The notes beneath the pieces are model-generated. The model was not told the origin of the DNA and did no database searches. It saw only the letters and a list, made by a program, of their open reading frames with translations. 64,000 bases of DNA. It comes from Azolla caroliniana (Eukaryota > Plantae > Polypodiophyta). Location of the stretch: NCBI GenBank assembly GCA_043228905.1, contig JBHGNT010000005.1:18600001-18664000 (forward strand). Direction: 5' to 3'. Shown piece by piece: positions 26,741 to 38,700 of the stretch (positions are counted from its first letter, which is position 1; each line of letters opens with the position of its first letter). A program made the position numbers and the translations under genes.

Positions 26741-29700
26741 CGTTTATGCACAAAAACTATTAGGCTTTTGGACCAAATATCTTTAAGACATCATGCACGG
26801 CAATCAACCGACCCGACCAATCCGTCCGATTTGCATCCGTTGTCGTGGAGAAAACCGTCCCTAGGCGGAAACCGGGTATAACGTGTGTAAACCGTCCCTT
26901 ACACATGGGCATGATTTTTGTTGTACAGTACATAGATAGGTACAGCTAAGGTGAAATACTAGGTAGCACGCATTCCTTAGGGAGAAAATCGAGGCATATC
27001 CTTGTCCGAAAGGACAGGGAATAAACATGATGTAATGGATGGTAACGGCCTCCCTCCTTGGGCTATAAAAGAGAGGGAGAGGTATTGTGAAAGGGGATCA
27101 CGTTTTTGTGAAGGACGAAGTGCTGCCGGACTGGAATCGAGCTCTTCTCCTCTGTCTTCTCCATAGTCGTTCTGTGCAGGTTTTCGGGAGGTTGACTCTG
27201 CTCCGTGGAATGCCCGAGTGCTTCCAGTAGAGTCTCCATCTCGCGTTCTGTGCGTGTGCGTGTGTGTGTGCAGGCGTCGGAGCCTATCACTCGCCGGCTT
27301 GCCGGTTGTAACTCCTTGATATATATATATACATATACATTCGTTCTGTCTCCATTGTTCAGAGTCAGTTGCAACTCCTGCGAATTTGTGTGTCTATGCG
27401 CGTGTGAAGTACATCGGTAGTTTCTGTAAAAAGTAACGTGCAGAAGCAAGTATGAAAACCGAATAGAAGGAAGAAAACTCAGGTTTAATGGAGAGCTTGA
27501 GCTTACACAGTATATACAGGAGAGAGAAAACACAAGAACTATCTTTTTTTAAAAGATCTCGATTCACTACCATATACATATGTGTGTTCCATGAACACTT
27601 TTATACAAGTCTTCGAAGGACTGAGCGAAGTACTGACCGTACTTCAATGCTCTTTAAGAGCTCCTACGCTAACTCCCAAATATATTCCTCACGTAATATC
27701 TTTCCTAACGGCCTCCCGGTTTACGCACTCGGCCTAACCGATCGGTCCCAACCGATCCGGTCCTCGGCTTCTTCAGCCGATTCGGTCAATGTTGAGCTTG
27801 TCTCTCAACACTCCCCCTCAAGCTCAACTCGAGGCTCTTCGGGATCCTTGGGCTCACAGCTCCGGTTCCTCCTGGCTTCACGCCTCGCTCGCGCTCCTCG
27901 ACCTGTTCGACTCCACGCGCTTCGACCCTTCCGGTCGGCTTGTCTGCTCATGCGGCCCTTATTAGCTCTTCTGCTGTTGTGGTGTTGACGCTTCTCTTGC
28001 TGCCTTTTCTTCCGCTTGGGCCTCGATTGATTCAGCGTATCTGAATCAAACATCCGAACCGACTCGGCTACCTCCGATCGGTTTTCGCTCCCGTCCGAGT
28101 TGGCTGTCTCCAGCTCGTCTTCGGTCTTCTCGCCCTTGGTGGCGTCATCTTCACCATGCGTGGTTGGCTTCGGCTCTCTCCTTCGGCTGCTCCCCTTCTG
28201 TCCGCTTTCGGATTTTTCCGCGGGTCCGCCCTTGGCTTCTTCAGCCGATCCGAAGTCGAACTCGACAACTGAGTCAACAACCGAGTCAACCGACTTGGTG
28301 TCGCAGCCTCCGCTCCTTTCCTGCTGCTTTGCTTGGTCGTTCGGGACTGTTCTCCCCCTCAAGTTTGGCATGTCGAGGTGACGCAATCCGAGCGCACCGA
28401 AGAATTGCCGCAACTTGTCCAGACCAAGGGGCTTAGTGAAGATGTCGGCAGTCTGCCGATCCGTCAGAACGCACTGAAGTTCGACTTCACCGGAAAGGGC
28501 ATGCTCACAGACGAAATGGTAGTGCACCTCAATGTGCTTGGTCCGTGCGTGGAAAATGGGATTTTTCGCGAGCTGGATGCTGCTGAGGTTGTCGCAGTAG
28601 ATCGTCGTCGGATCTGACACCTCCTCTTGCAGGTCCTTAAGTAGCCGCTTCAACCATATGGCTTCGCATGTCGCGACAGCCGCTCCTCGGTACTCAGCTT
28701 CGGTGCTTGATAGTGCAACCGTCGGCTGCTTCTTACTGCTCCACGCGATCACGGCACTCCCGAGGGAGAACGCGTATCCGGACGTGGATCGGCGATCGGT
28801 GGCGTTGCCAGCCCAATTAGCATCAGTGTAGCCGACTAACTGCGCGGCTGCACCGGTCCGATATAGCAGTCCCCGGTCCTTAGTGCCGTTGACATACCGA
28901 AGTATGCGTTGCGCACACTGAAGGTGCTCCTCGGTAGGTCGCGCCATGAACTGACTAATCACTCCGACCGGATAACTGAGGTTGGGTCGGGTGATGGTCA
29001 AGTATATGAGGCTTCCGACAATTTGTCGGAACCTCGTCGGGTCGCATACCGTTCCCGTATCGGGACGAAGCTTGACGGTTCTGTCCAGAGGAGTCGAGAC
29101 TGACTTATAGTCGGCCATCCCGAATTTGAAGAGCATACTTAGCACGTAGTGACGTTGGCTGATCAATATGCCTTCGGGGGTACGGATCACTTCGATCCCA
29201 AGGAAGTAATGAAGGTCCCCCAGATCCTTCATGTCAAACGATGCCGCAAGTTGGAGCTTCACGCGGTCGATTTCACGTAGGTCGGCGCCGGTGATGACCA
29301 AGTCATCAACATATAGTAAAATACTAACCGGTCTGAGTCGACCTTTCCGGATGAACAGGGAAGAGTCCGATTTTGACGTGACGAAGCCCATCCAATGCAG
29401 TTGTTGCGTGATCTTCGCGTTCCAGACACGCGGGGCTTGCTTTAGTCCGTAAAGGGACTTCTTCAGTCGGCATACTGCCGAGGAGTTCGTTCCAGAATGA
29501 AATCCAGGGGGCTGTACCATGTACACCTGTTCCTCAAGGTCACCTTGAAGGAATGCATTCTTTACATCCATCTGATGTAAGTGCCACCCCTTCACCGCAG
29601 CTATTGCGAGCAAAACACGGACGATCGTCATTTTCACGACTGGCGCAAACGTCTCATCGTAGTCGATGCCGTGTTTTTGCGCGTAGCCCTTTGCCATTAG

Positions 29701-31504
29701 CCGAGCCTTGTACCGGTTGACCGAGCCATCGGTGTTGTACTTGACCTTGTACACCCACCTACACCCGATCGGTTTTACCCCTCTTGGTGCGTCAACCACC
29801 TAGGTCTCGTTCTCCGCCAATGCGTGCATCTCTTCCTCCATCGCGGCACGCCAATTCGCATCTTTAGCCGCTTTTGCGTAGCTCTCCGGCTCACGCACTT
29901 CCGCTACACGAGTCATGTACGCATAATGATGCGCCATGTACTCGTTGTATCCGAACCGCAAGACAGGATTCTTCTGGCGGGTAGATCGGCGTAATCTCAC
30001 ATTAGCCGATGTCGAGGCCTTCTTGGTCGACGCGGTCTTCACCTTTAAAGACCCGTCACCGGTTCCCTCGGAGTCGGACTCGCGTTGGTCTGACTCGTTC
30101 CTATCTGTGCCGGAATCCGACACCTTCTTCTTCCCTTTCTCTTTGCGTGTAAGCCGTCTCCTCGGCTTCCTGCGCGGGGAATGCACGATCGAGTCTCCAC
30201 TACTCGCCAGCTCTTCATCGGACTGGTCGTACCGACTCAATCGTCCAATCGGTCCACTTAAACGGAGTGAAATCGGACTCTCTTCGCGGGCCTCGATTTC
30301 GGGCTCATCTGGAGGCATCTCGGCCTTGCTGACCTCATCGTCAGAGCTCGGATTGGAGTCGGGGTTCGGAGTCGGGGGCTGGTACCAGGACGCGGACTCG
30401 TCAAACACAACGTCACGGCTAACACGCGCTTGTTTGGTGCGAGGGTTATAACACTTATAACCCTTCTGCTCGTCCGAGTAACCGACCAAGATGCATTTCT
30501 CGGCCTTTGCGTCCAACTTCCTCATTTTCTCCTTCGATACATGCACATACGCAATGCTACTGAACACCCTCAAGTGTCGCAAGTTCGGCTTCGTTCCGAA
30601 ATACAGCTCGTGCGCCGACACTTTGTCTCCGATCCGGTTCTGGATGTATACCGCAGTCCTTACTGCCTCGGCCCAGTAGAACTTGGGCAAGCTCTTCTCC
30701 TCCAACATTGCCCGTGCCGCTTCCACAACTGACCAATTCTTCCTCTCGGCCATGCCGTTCTGCTCTGGCGTGTATCTACAACTGAATTCGCACCGAATTC
30801 CCATTTGTTGTAGATAACCGTTGAATTGACCAGAAAAGTACTCTTTCCCGCGATCCGACCGCAGGCACTTGATCTTTCGTCCCGTTTCCGTTTCCACGAA
30901 CCCTTTGAGGTCCCGGAAACAGTCGAAGACTTCGGTCTTCCTCTCAATGAGGTAGATCCACGTGTGCCGCTGTCGTGCCTTTCGGCTCCGGATCGTTGCG
31001 TGAGTCGGGTGGGAACCGCCGAGGTTTTGGACTAGGAGGAAGAGGAATACAACTTAAGGCTAGCTATGAATAGTAGAAAGAGAAGTAAGATAGCAATCTC
31101 GTGAATCCCACGAGTTTAGTGTATTTAAAACAATATTTAGATTATAAGAGTAATTTAGATGGCAAAATTCGTGAATCCCATGAATATATTAGATTGATCA
31201 ATCCTTGTATATTAATCAACAACCTTATACATATTTCTCTCCTCCTTATATAAAGATGGAAGAGGCTAAGCATGGCTTCATGCCTTTTTCACCAAAAGTG
31301 TCCATGCACACTAAATGTGCATGTGATGCTTTGTCATTTCCTAAATATAGGGCTCATGCATGCTAGATGTGCATGAGTCACTTTTAATGTCACGTGTAAA
31401 TAAAATATTCACACCTTAAAGAATACATGATTTTTACCTTTTAATAAAGGTATGTGTAAATAAAGGTCTTATACGTATTAAATCTATATGTATAACACTA
31501 AAGA

Positions 31505-31585
31505 TACGTTATTACAATGGTAAAGTTGAGGTTTATCTATGTGGAGGTGCAAGGTTCGAATCCTACTCTATGCACATGATAAATA
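31505..31585 (+). ncRNA. tRNA-like/B-box module antisense in the 3' LTR of E (second copy at ~44988-45068)
   Basis: ...CAATGGTAAAG...TGGAGGTGCAAGGTTCGAATCCT. Perfect B box GGTTCGAATCC at 31553-31563 and 45036-45046; A box degenerate. Confidence 0.55.
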
Positions 31586-33534
31586 TTTTGATATATTATT
31601 TATTTATTTATATGTATCTAAAATCGGATATATTATTCTATGGTTTTCACGTAGTGTGTGGAATACACTACGACACTCGCCCCTTCCGAACCCGCACATC
31701 CTCCGGTATGTGCCGAAGTTCTCGATTCCTCATATCCGTCTTCACCTAAAGCTTCCTCCGATTCTCCCCTTATGTCGACTATGAGTTGTAATTCACTTTC
31801 TTCGCTTCCCGCATCACTGTGGTCTTCGTCCGATTGCTCCTCGTTGTCGGCCTTGGCTTGGATCACATAGGGTTTGTCGTCGGTCCGCTTCTTGAAAATC
31901 TTCACCTGCTTCCCGGCTATAGGCACTCGTAGTATTGTTCCATCCAACTCGGACAGTCGGTACGTTCCGTTGTCGAAGACTTTCCGAACCTCGTATGGCC
32001 CGAACCACCTTTTCGCGAATTTCCGCATCGTTGTATGTTGATGGTCCAAACTACTGTCATAGACGATCACCCAATCTCCTTCTTCAATCCTCCTCGGTCG
32101 TAGTCGGTGCTTTGTGTCGAACCGGCTTTTGTTCCGGAATCGTGCTTCTTGTTGTCGGCGTATTGCTTCTGCTATGTCTGCCGGTCTTCCCTCTAGTTGT
32201 CGTATCTGGACCGCTAATAGTTCTTCCCGGCTCATCTCTTCCTTCCACGGTAGCACTGTCCATGTTGCGATCGCGGTTTCCGTCGGCATTACCGGTGCTT
32301 GTCCGGTCATGAGTTCTGCCGGCATGTAACCGGTTACGGAGCTATGCGTCGTCCGATCCGCCCATAGCGCATATGGAAGCATCTGCAGCCAGTCCTTCAC
32401 CTTTCCATCGCATGCCTTCGCAAGTGCTTTCACGATCGGACTATGTCCTCGTTCGATTTTCCCGTTGGCCTCCGGATTGTATGCCGTTGTCAGCGTTAAC
32501 CGAACTCCGTGTTTGGCGAAGAATCCCCTAGCTTTGTCCGAGTCGAGTTCTCCCCGGTCCGCAATTACTTGTCCTACGCACCCGTACCTGCAAAATACTT
32601 CCTCCAAAAGAAATTGGCATACTACGGAACACGTTTTCCTCTGAAGCGCTCGACCTTCTACTTGATTCGTGAGATCTTCCCGAGCTAATACCAAGTATTT
32701 CTTTTGTCCGATCCCGGTCGACATGGCCACTATGTCGACCATCCACTTGAAGTTGATTGTCGGTGAGAATGTCGGATGTAACTCATCTCGATGTCGTACC
32801 CCAGAGTAGACTTGACATTTCTCGCAGCTTTCCGTGAACTCCGCTGTCGTGAAGAAAACCGCCCACAAGGGGAATCGGAGGAACAAGGCGTGGGGAAACG
32901 GCTCTACACGCACACGCGCGCCAAGAAGTACCTAAGGACGAAGTAGGTACATACGAGGATCCTAGGTGGGTAGATTCGGTTGGTGTGCAGTTAATGCCAA
33001 ACGGTCTCTGGACGGGATATAAAAGGAAGAGGAAGAATAGAAGTGGGGATCTCGCGCGGAGGGGACGAAGTGCTGCCGAACCGATTTCGAAGCTCCTCTC
33101 TCACTCCTGCTTTCTCTGTCTTCTGCTACATCGCGTACCTGTGCAGGTTTCGAGGAGGCTTGCGCTATTCCGTGGAACGCCCCGAGTGCGTCCTGCAGCA
33201 CCTCCGACCTGTTTCCCCCTTTCTGTGCGTCGCGTCATACAGGGGTCGGCATCTGATCGCCGCCCTGTTCGTTTTCGTTAGTATCTATTCCGTGCCCCAC
33301 CGTGGGTTGTAATACTTTAGTCTGTTATTTTCTTGCATTCATAAGTACATATCTTTCGTTGTTGCGTCCATCTGCGTCGGCGTTTATTTGTGATCTCTGT
33401 TTGTTGGGCCGTGTCCCTGTGCAATCTTCGGTTCTGTGTAATCGGTTCTCTCTCTCTCTCTCTTGCTCTTCGGTCCAAGACCCCCGTGGTCCCTCCTCCT
33501 TTCTGCACGCAAGGGCGTAGCAACCCCGACATCT

Positions 33535-33552
33535 TGGTGAACCCGACGTGAA
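33535..33552 (+). promoter_or_regulatory. Primer binding site complementary to the 3' end of tRNA-Trp
   Basis: TGGTGAACCCGACGTGAA is the reverse complement of ...TTCACGTCGGGTTCACCA, the plant cytosolic tRNA-Trp(CCA) 3' end (recalled, not searched). Confidence 0.8.
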
Positions 33553-33574
33553 AGAGGCGGCAGAAGAGCAGGAA

Positions 33575-35701
33575 ATGAGGGGGTCGGATCTCGCAGAGGC
33601 CATGGCTTCGGCCGTGGTTCGGATTGTAAACGCGCGCGAGAGCACCGGTGCCCTCGACAGAGCTATTGAGGCGGTCGTCGGCACGATCGGCCGGTTCGAT
33701 GGCAAGGATGCCACGAAGTATTTGGCGTCCTACGGTGCAGAGATGCTGATGCGGGACATTCCGGAAGAAAGGCGTCTTGCCGGATTTCCCCGAGTAGCGA
33801 TGCCGAGCATCCATGCGGAGGTGCTCGAGGTGCGGACGGAGAGCCGTACCTGGGAGGAGTTCGAAGGTCGGCTCCTAGAGAAATACGGGCTGGACGACGC
33901 GCTCCGGCTTTCGAAGCGAAGGTTCATGGAATGGGTGGAGTCCCCGGGGAAGGGAAGAAACGCGTCGGCGCTCCTCCGGGAGTTCGAGGAAAACTTTGCG
34001 CGCCTTTCGGCGCTTGACCGAACCATCCTGGACACGAGCCGGGTCTTGCTGTTTGTCAAGTCGGTCGACGAGCGGGATCGGGAGCAAGTGGGCTTCTTGC
34101 TGGAAACCGAAGACGGGCTCACTACCGACTGGGCGGCTGTCAGGAAGGTCTGTGGCCGTTTCGACAAACGGCGAGAATGGGCGGATAACGGGGCGGCCGG
34201 GTCGGGCTCGGTCGCAGCAAGGAAGCTCGAACCAGCGCCACAGGTGCGCAAGGAAGAGACCCGGGAGTGGTTGGAAACCGGTTCGGCTTCGACCGGCGTA
34301 GTCAGAGGCTCAACCGGAGGAGAGGCGCTGGAGGAATTGACGAAGGCGATAAAGGACCTCCAAATCGCGCAGGCCCGAAGGGAAGGAGGCGAACCGGCTC
34401 GTGACCGACGGCCGGCGGCAGGAAACAGGTGCATGTGGTGCGATGAGGTCGGCCACATTCGGAAGGACTGCGGCGACTTCGCGGAGGCGCTGAGGAACAG
34501 GGTGGTGTACCTGTGGGAAGGACGGGTGCATGCCAGCGACACCCGAAGGGCCCTGAGCCGAAACGACGGAAAAGGCGGTATGAAAAGGGTGATGGAAGAG
34601 GCGGCGGCCCGACACGCGGAAACCGTCCACTACTCGGCGTCGGCCGGCATTCGAGTCGGGGGCGGCGAGGCCCGGAGGGAAAGCAAAGCCGGATTCTGGC
34701 CGACGGTGCTGGAAGGCCTTGCCGATGCGAGGATGAAGAGGGAGGAATCGGACCGTGCGGAGAAACGGGTACGGGAGATGACCGGGTGGAGCGACCCGGT
34801 CGAGGAAAGGACGGGCTTCGTGGAAGCTGCTTGCCAGAACTACGAGGCTCTGGTAGAAGAGAAGCGGGTGGGGAGACCCGGGACGACCGGGCCCTCACAA
34901 CGATACGAGACCCGGTCCGGGCCACGACGGGACGAAGCCGGCGGGGCCGGTACGCAAGATAAACCCCAGAAGGGCGGGTACCGTCTGGGGACGGAGATAG
35001 AAAGGACCACGGACTTACGAAAGGTCCTGGAGGAACGGATCCTCGACAGCAAGGTGGAGCTGTCGTTACGAGAGGTGCTGGGAATCGCCAAGAAGGAGTT
35101 CCACGACTCCATCATGGACTTGGTGAAACGGAAGAGGCTGTCGACGGAGACAGAACCGGAAAGACCGGTGGAAGTGCGGACGACGCACCTAGACGACATG
35201 GCGCTGGGAGACGAGTGGGCGGAAAGCCACTATTCGAGACCACACTGGGCCCGAGCGACCACGGAAACCCCGGTGAAGATCGGCGATGTCCGGGAACCGG
35301 TGATAGCTTTGGTGGACCACGGATCGGAGATCAATTTGATGTCCATGGACTTCTATAAGAAGGGCAAATGGCCGATCAACACCAAGCACGGGTGGAAAAT
35401 AAGGGCAGCCACGCGCGCCACTGAGGAACTGCACGGGGCCTGTCCGAATGTGCGGGTCAAGATTGGCGACGTCGAGATTGACCAGCACTTCTTCGTGCAG
35501 GAGACGTCTTCGCATCCGGTCATTCTGGGAGAACCGTACATTACGGCGGCGCGGATGGAGACCAAAGTGTTGGACAATGGTTCGGCCTACGCGAGGGTCA
35601 AAAGCCAAGACGGGCGCCATTCGGTCCAGTTTCTGACGGTAAGGCCGAACCACGAACGTAACCGCGATTCCCTCGGTTCCGAAACCCGAGAGGATTTTTA
35701 G
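33575..35701 (+). CDS. gag: Gag-protease polyprotein of element C
   Basis: First in-frame ATG at 33575; zinc knuckle CMWCDEVGHIRKDC; aspartic-protease-like ALVDHGSEIN...VILGEPY. Confidence 0.9.
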   Translation: MRGSDLAEAMASAVVRIVNARESTGALDRAIEAVVGTIGRFDGKDATKYLASYGAEMLMRDIPEERRLAGFPRVAMPSIHAEVLEVRTESRTWEEFEGRLLEKYGLDDALRLSKRRFMEWVESPGKGRNASALLREFEENFARLSALDRTILDTSRVLLFVKSVDERDREQVGFLLETEDGLTTDWAAVRKVCGRFDKRREWADNGAAGSGSVAARKLEPAPQVRKEETREWLETGSASTGVVRGSTGGEALEELTKAIKDLQIAQARREGGEPARDRRPAAGNRCMWCDEVGHIRKDCGDFAEALRNRVVYLWEGRVHASDTRRALSRNDGKGGMKRVMEEAAARHAETVHYSASAGIRVGGGEARRESKAGFWPTVLEGLADARMKREESDRAEKRVREMTGWSDPVEERTGFVEAACQNYEALVEEKRVGRPGTTGPSQRYETRSGPRRDEAGGAGTQDKPQKGGYRLGTEIERTTDLRKVLEERILDSKVELSLREVLGIAKKEFHDSIMDLVKRKRLSTETEPERPVEVRTTHLDDMALGDEWAESHYSRPHWARATTETPVKIGDVREPVIALVDHGSEINLMSMDFYKKGKWPINTKHGWKIRAATRATEELHGACPNVRVKIGDVEIDQHFFVQETSSHPVILGEPYITAARMETKVLDNGSAYARVKSQDGRHSVQFLTVRPNHERNRDSLGSETREDF

Positions 35702-38700
35702 AGAGGACTGCCAAGGCGTGGGGCCGCGACAGTCCGGACACCCCGGGAAAACCCCACACCTGTACGATAAAACCGAAGAAACCTTGTACCATAGGTAGGG
35801 AATTTTTGTTCTCCGACAGCGGAGCGTGTACGATAGTCGGCATCGGCGGCCGAGAGAAGAGAAAGGCGGAGGGGAGACTTCGAGCGTGCGGAGTTCTCGG
35901 CCCTGACGAGGAAATCAACGGAGCCGTGGAGGCGGTCTCATTCGACGACACCTTGGGAATGCTGGGAAAGGTAGTCGAAGAAGGCCTTAACGAAGACCGG
36001 ACGATACCGGTGTGTTCCGAGGAGATGTACGAAGCCATCGCGGACTTCGGTCGAGGGCTCGAGTCAGTTCGGACGGCCCACGTAAGCACCAAGTACAAGA
36101 CTGTGGACCGGAAGGTAAGGCCAGTCGCGGCACCCTTACCGGAGGACAGCGCGTCGAGAATCAAAGGGGTTGCATCGGACCCTAGTCTACGAGATCCGGC
36201 CTGCATAGGACACACCTTCACCGACGAGACGCTCCGACAGCTCACAATCGGTGGGGGCGGGTTCCTACTGCCGGCGGAGGAAGACCGGTTTCAGAGAATG
36301 CTCGGAAGGCACGGGAAAGCCTTCGCATTCTCGCCGGAGGAAATCGGGTGCGTTAACCCGACGATCGTGGAGCCGATGGTGATATTCACGGTACCGCATG
36401 TACCATGGAATCTCAAGCCAATCCCGGTTCCGAGAGCTCACATCCCGAAGTTGATGGAGCTGCTGAGGCAGAAAGTTGATATGGGAATTCTCGAGCCGTC
36501 GAGCGCCCCGTATTCGAATCGATGGTTTACCGTACCGAAGAAAAACGGTTCGTTGCGCTTCATCCAGGACCTGCAGCCGGTCAATCGAGTGACGATTCGG
36601 AACGCAGGGATCGGACCGACCATAGACGAGTTCGCGGAGGCCTTCGCCGGAAGGTCAATTTACTCGGTCGGGGATCTATACTCAGGGTACGACCAGTTCC
36701 AGCTAGCCGTGGAGAGCAGAGACATTACGACGATGCGAACTCCCCTCGGCCTAGTTCGGATGTGTACACTGCCGCAAGGAGGGACCAACTCGGTGGCCCA
36801 CATGGTGAATGCGATGAACAAGGTTCTGAGGGACTGTATCCCGGACATCACCATGCCGTTTCTGGACGACATCCCGATCAAGGGATGCCCGGTGGAAGAA
36901 AAGGACGAGACGATCGGCCCGGACGGATGCCGGCGATTCGTGGTAACGCACATCGACGACTGCGAGAAGGTGCTGCAAAGGTTAGAGGATGCGAGACTCA
37001 CCTTCTCCGGGGAGAAGTCGGCCTTCGGGCAGTCAGAAATCATGGTGGTCGGACACCTGTGCGGACCATATGGCCGGAAGCCGTCTCCGGCAAAGGTAGA
37101 AGCCATCTCCGCGATGAAGCCCGACTGCAGCTCGGTCACGGAAGTACGGAGATTTCTGGGGGCATGCGCGTTCTACCACATATGGATCCCGCATTACGCA
37201 CACGTCGCGGAGCCACTGTACGGGTTGCTGAAAAGGGGGCGAAGGTTCGAATGGCTAGGCGAGCACGCGGAATCGGTCCGGAAGCTGAAAGAGGCTCTTG
37301 CAGCGGCACCGGCACTTCGGAAGGCGGTATACGGGAAGGGTACCCCGGTATTCATAACGGTGGATACCAGTCCGACCGGGATCGGATGGGTCGTGAACCA
37401 GGAAGACGAGGACGGCAATCGGTTTCCGATCCGATTCGGCGCGAAAGTCCTCAGTGAACGGCAGCGAGGATACGCCCAGGTTAAACGCGAACTCTGGGGT
37501 ATTGTTTCGGCGGTTAAGGCCGACAAAGACTACCTGATAGGGACAGAAGTGATCATCGAGACGGATTGCCTGCCGATTCTCGGTATGGTTTCCGGATGCG
37601 CGACTCCGGACCTGGCGATGCTCAGGTGGATAGCGTACATCAAGTCCCTGGACCCGGAAATACGACACATTTCCGGGAAAGACAACGCCATGGCCGACAT
37701 GCTTTCGAGAGCGAGGTTCGACGACGAGGGCGGCATGGTTTCGGAAGACGAAGAAGTCGGCGTGGATTTCTTCGAGGCGGCATACATGACGACCGACGGG
37801 ATGAGCACTCCGGCGCTTAACGAGTTCGACGCGAGCAAGTACGACGGGGAGTGGCTGCAGATCGGCGGGTTTTTGAAGACAATGACGCCTGATGCGTCAT
37901 GGACGAAGGACGAGGCCAACCGGATCCGGAAGAAAGCATATCGATTCCTTCTCCGAGATGGGCATTTGTGGAAGCACCCGAAGAAGAGGAACGGCGTCCC
38001 GCTCCGGGTGGTGGCGATGAAGGAAGAACAGGAGGAGCTACTGGCGGCCTACCACGGCAGCCCTTGGGCTGGACACCGTGGAACGTGGGCGACATTTGAG
38101 AAGCTGAAGGGGAAGTACTGGTGGCCGGGATTGTACCGGGACGTGCATCGGTTCGTGTCAACTTGCGAGAGTTGTCAGATGCACTCGATAGTCCGACACC
38201 GGGACGGGCTTCGCCCTACGTACCCTCCGACTATCCACTTCAAATGGATGGTAGATCTAGTGACGATGCCGATGGGGGTAGGACAGATGCGGTATCTGGT
38301 CCTAGCGCGGGAAGACCTGACGAACCAGGTGGAAGGCCGAGCCCTTCAGAATAAGACGACCGCGGCCGTGTGTCGGTTCCTGATCGAGGACGTGATATGC
38401 CGGTACGGGTGCGTCGGGAAGATCGTGGCTGACCGAGGGGAGTTGGACACCGAGGAAGCCGCGGAGCTGTTTGATCGGCTGGGAGTCAAACTCTCGCTCA
38501 CCAGTGCGTACAACCCGGAGGCGAATGGAAAGGTGGAGCGCGGACACGGGCCGATCGTTAAAGCGCTGGTTCGGGCATGCGGGGGCCAAATCGGTAACTG
38601 GCCGCGACTTCTACCTTATGCTTTGTGGGCCGACCGGACTACGCACAGTTCGGTAACCGGGTACATGCCGACGGAGCTCATGTTCGGCCAGAAGCCGATC

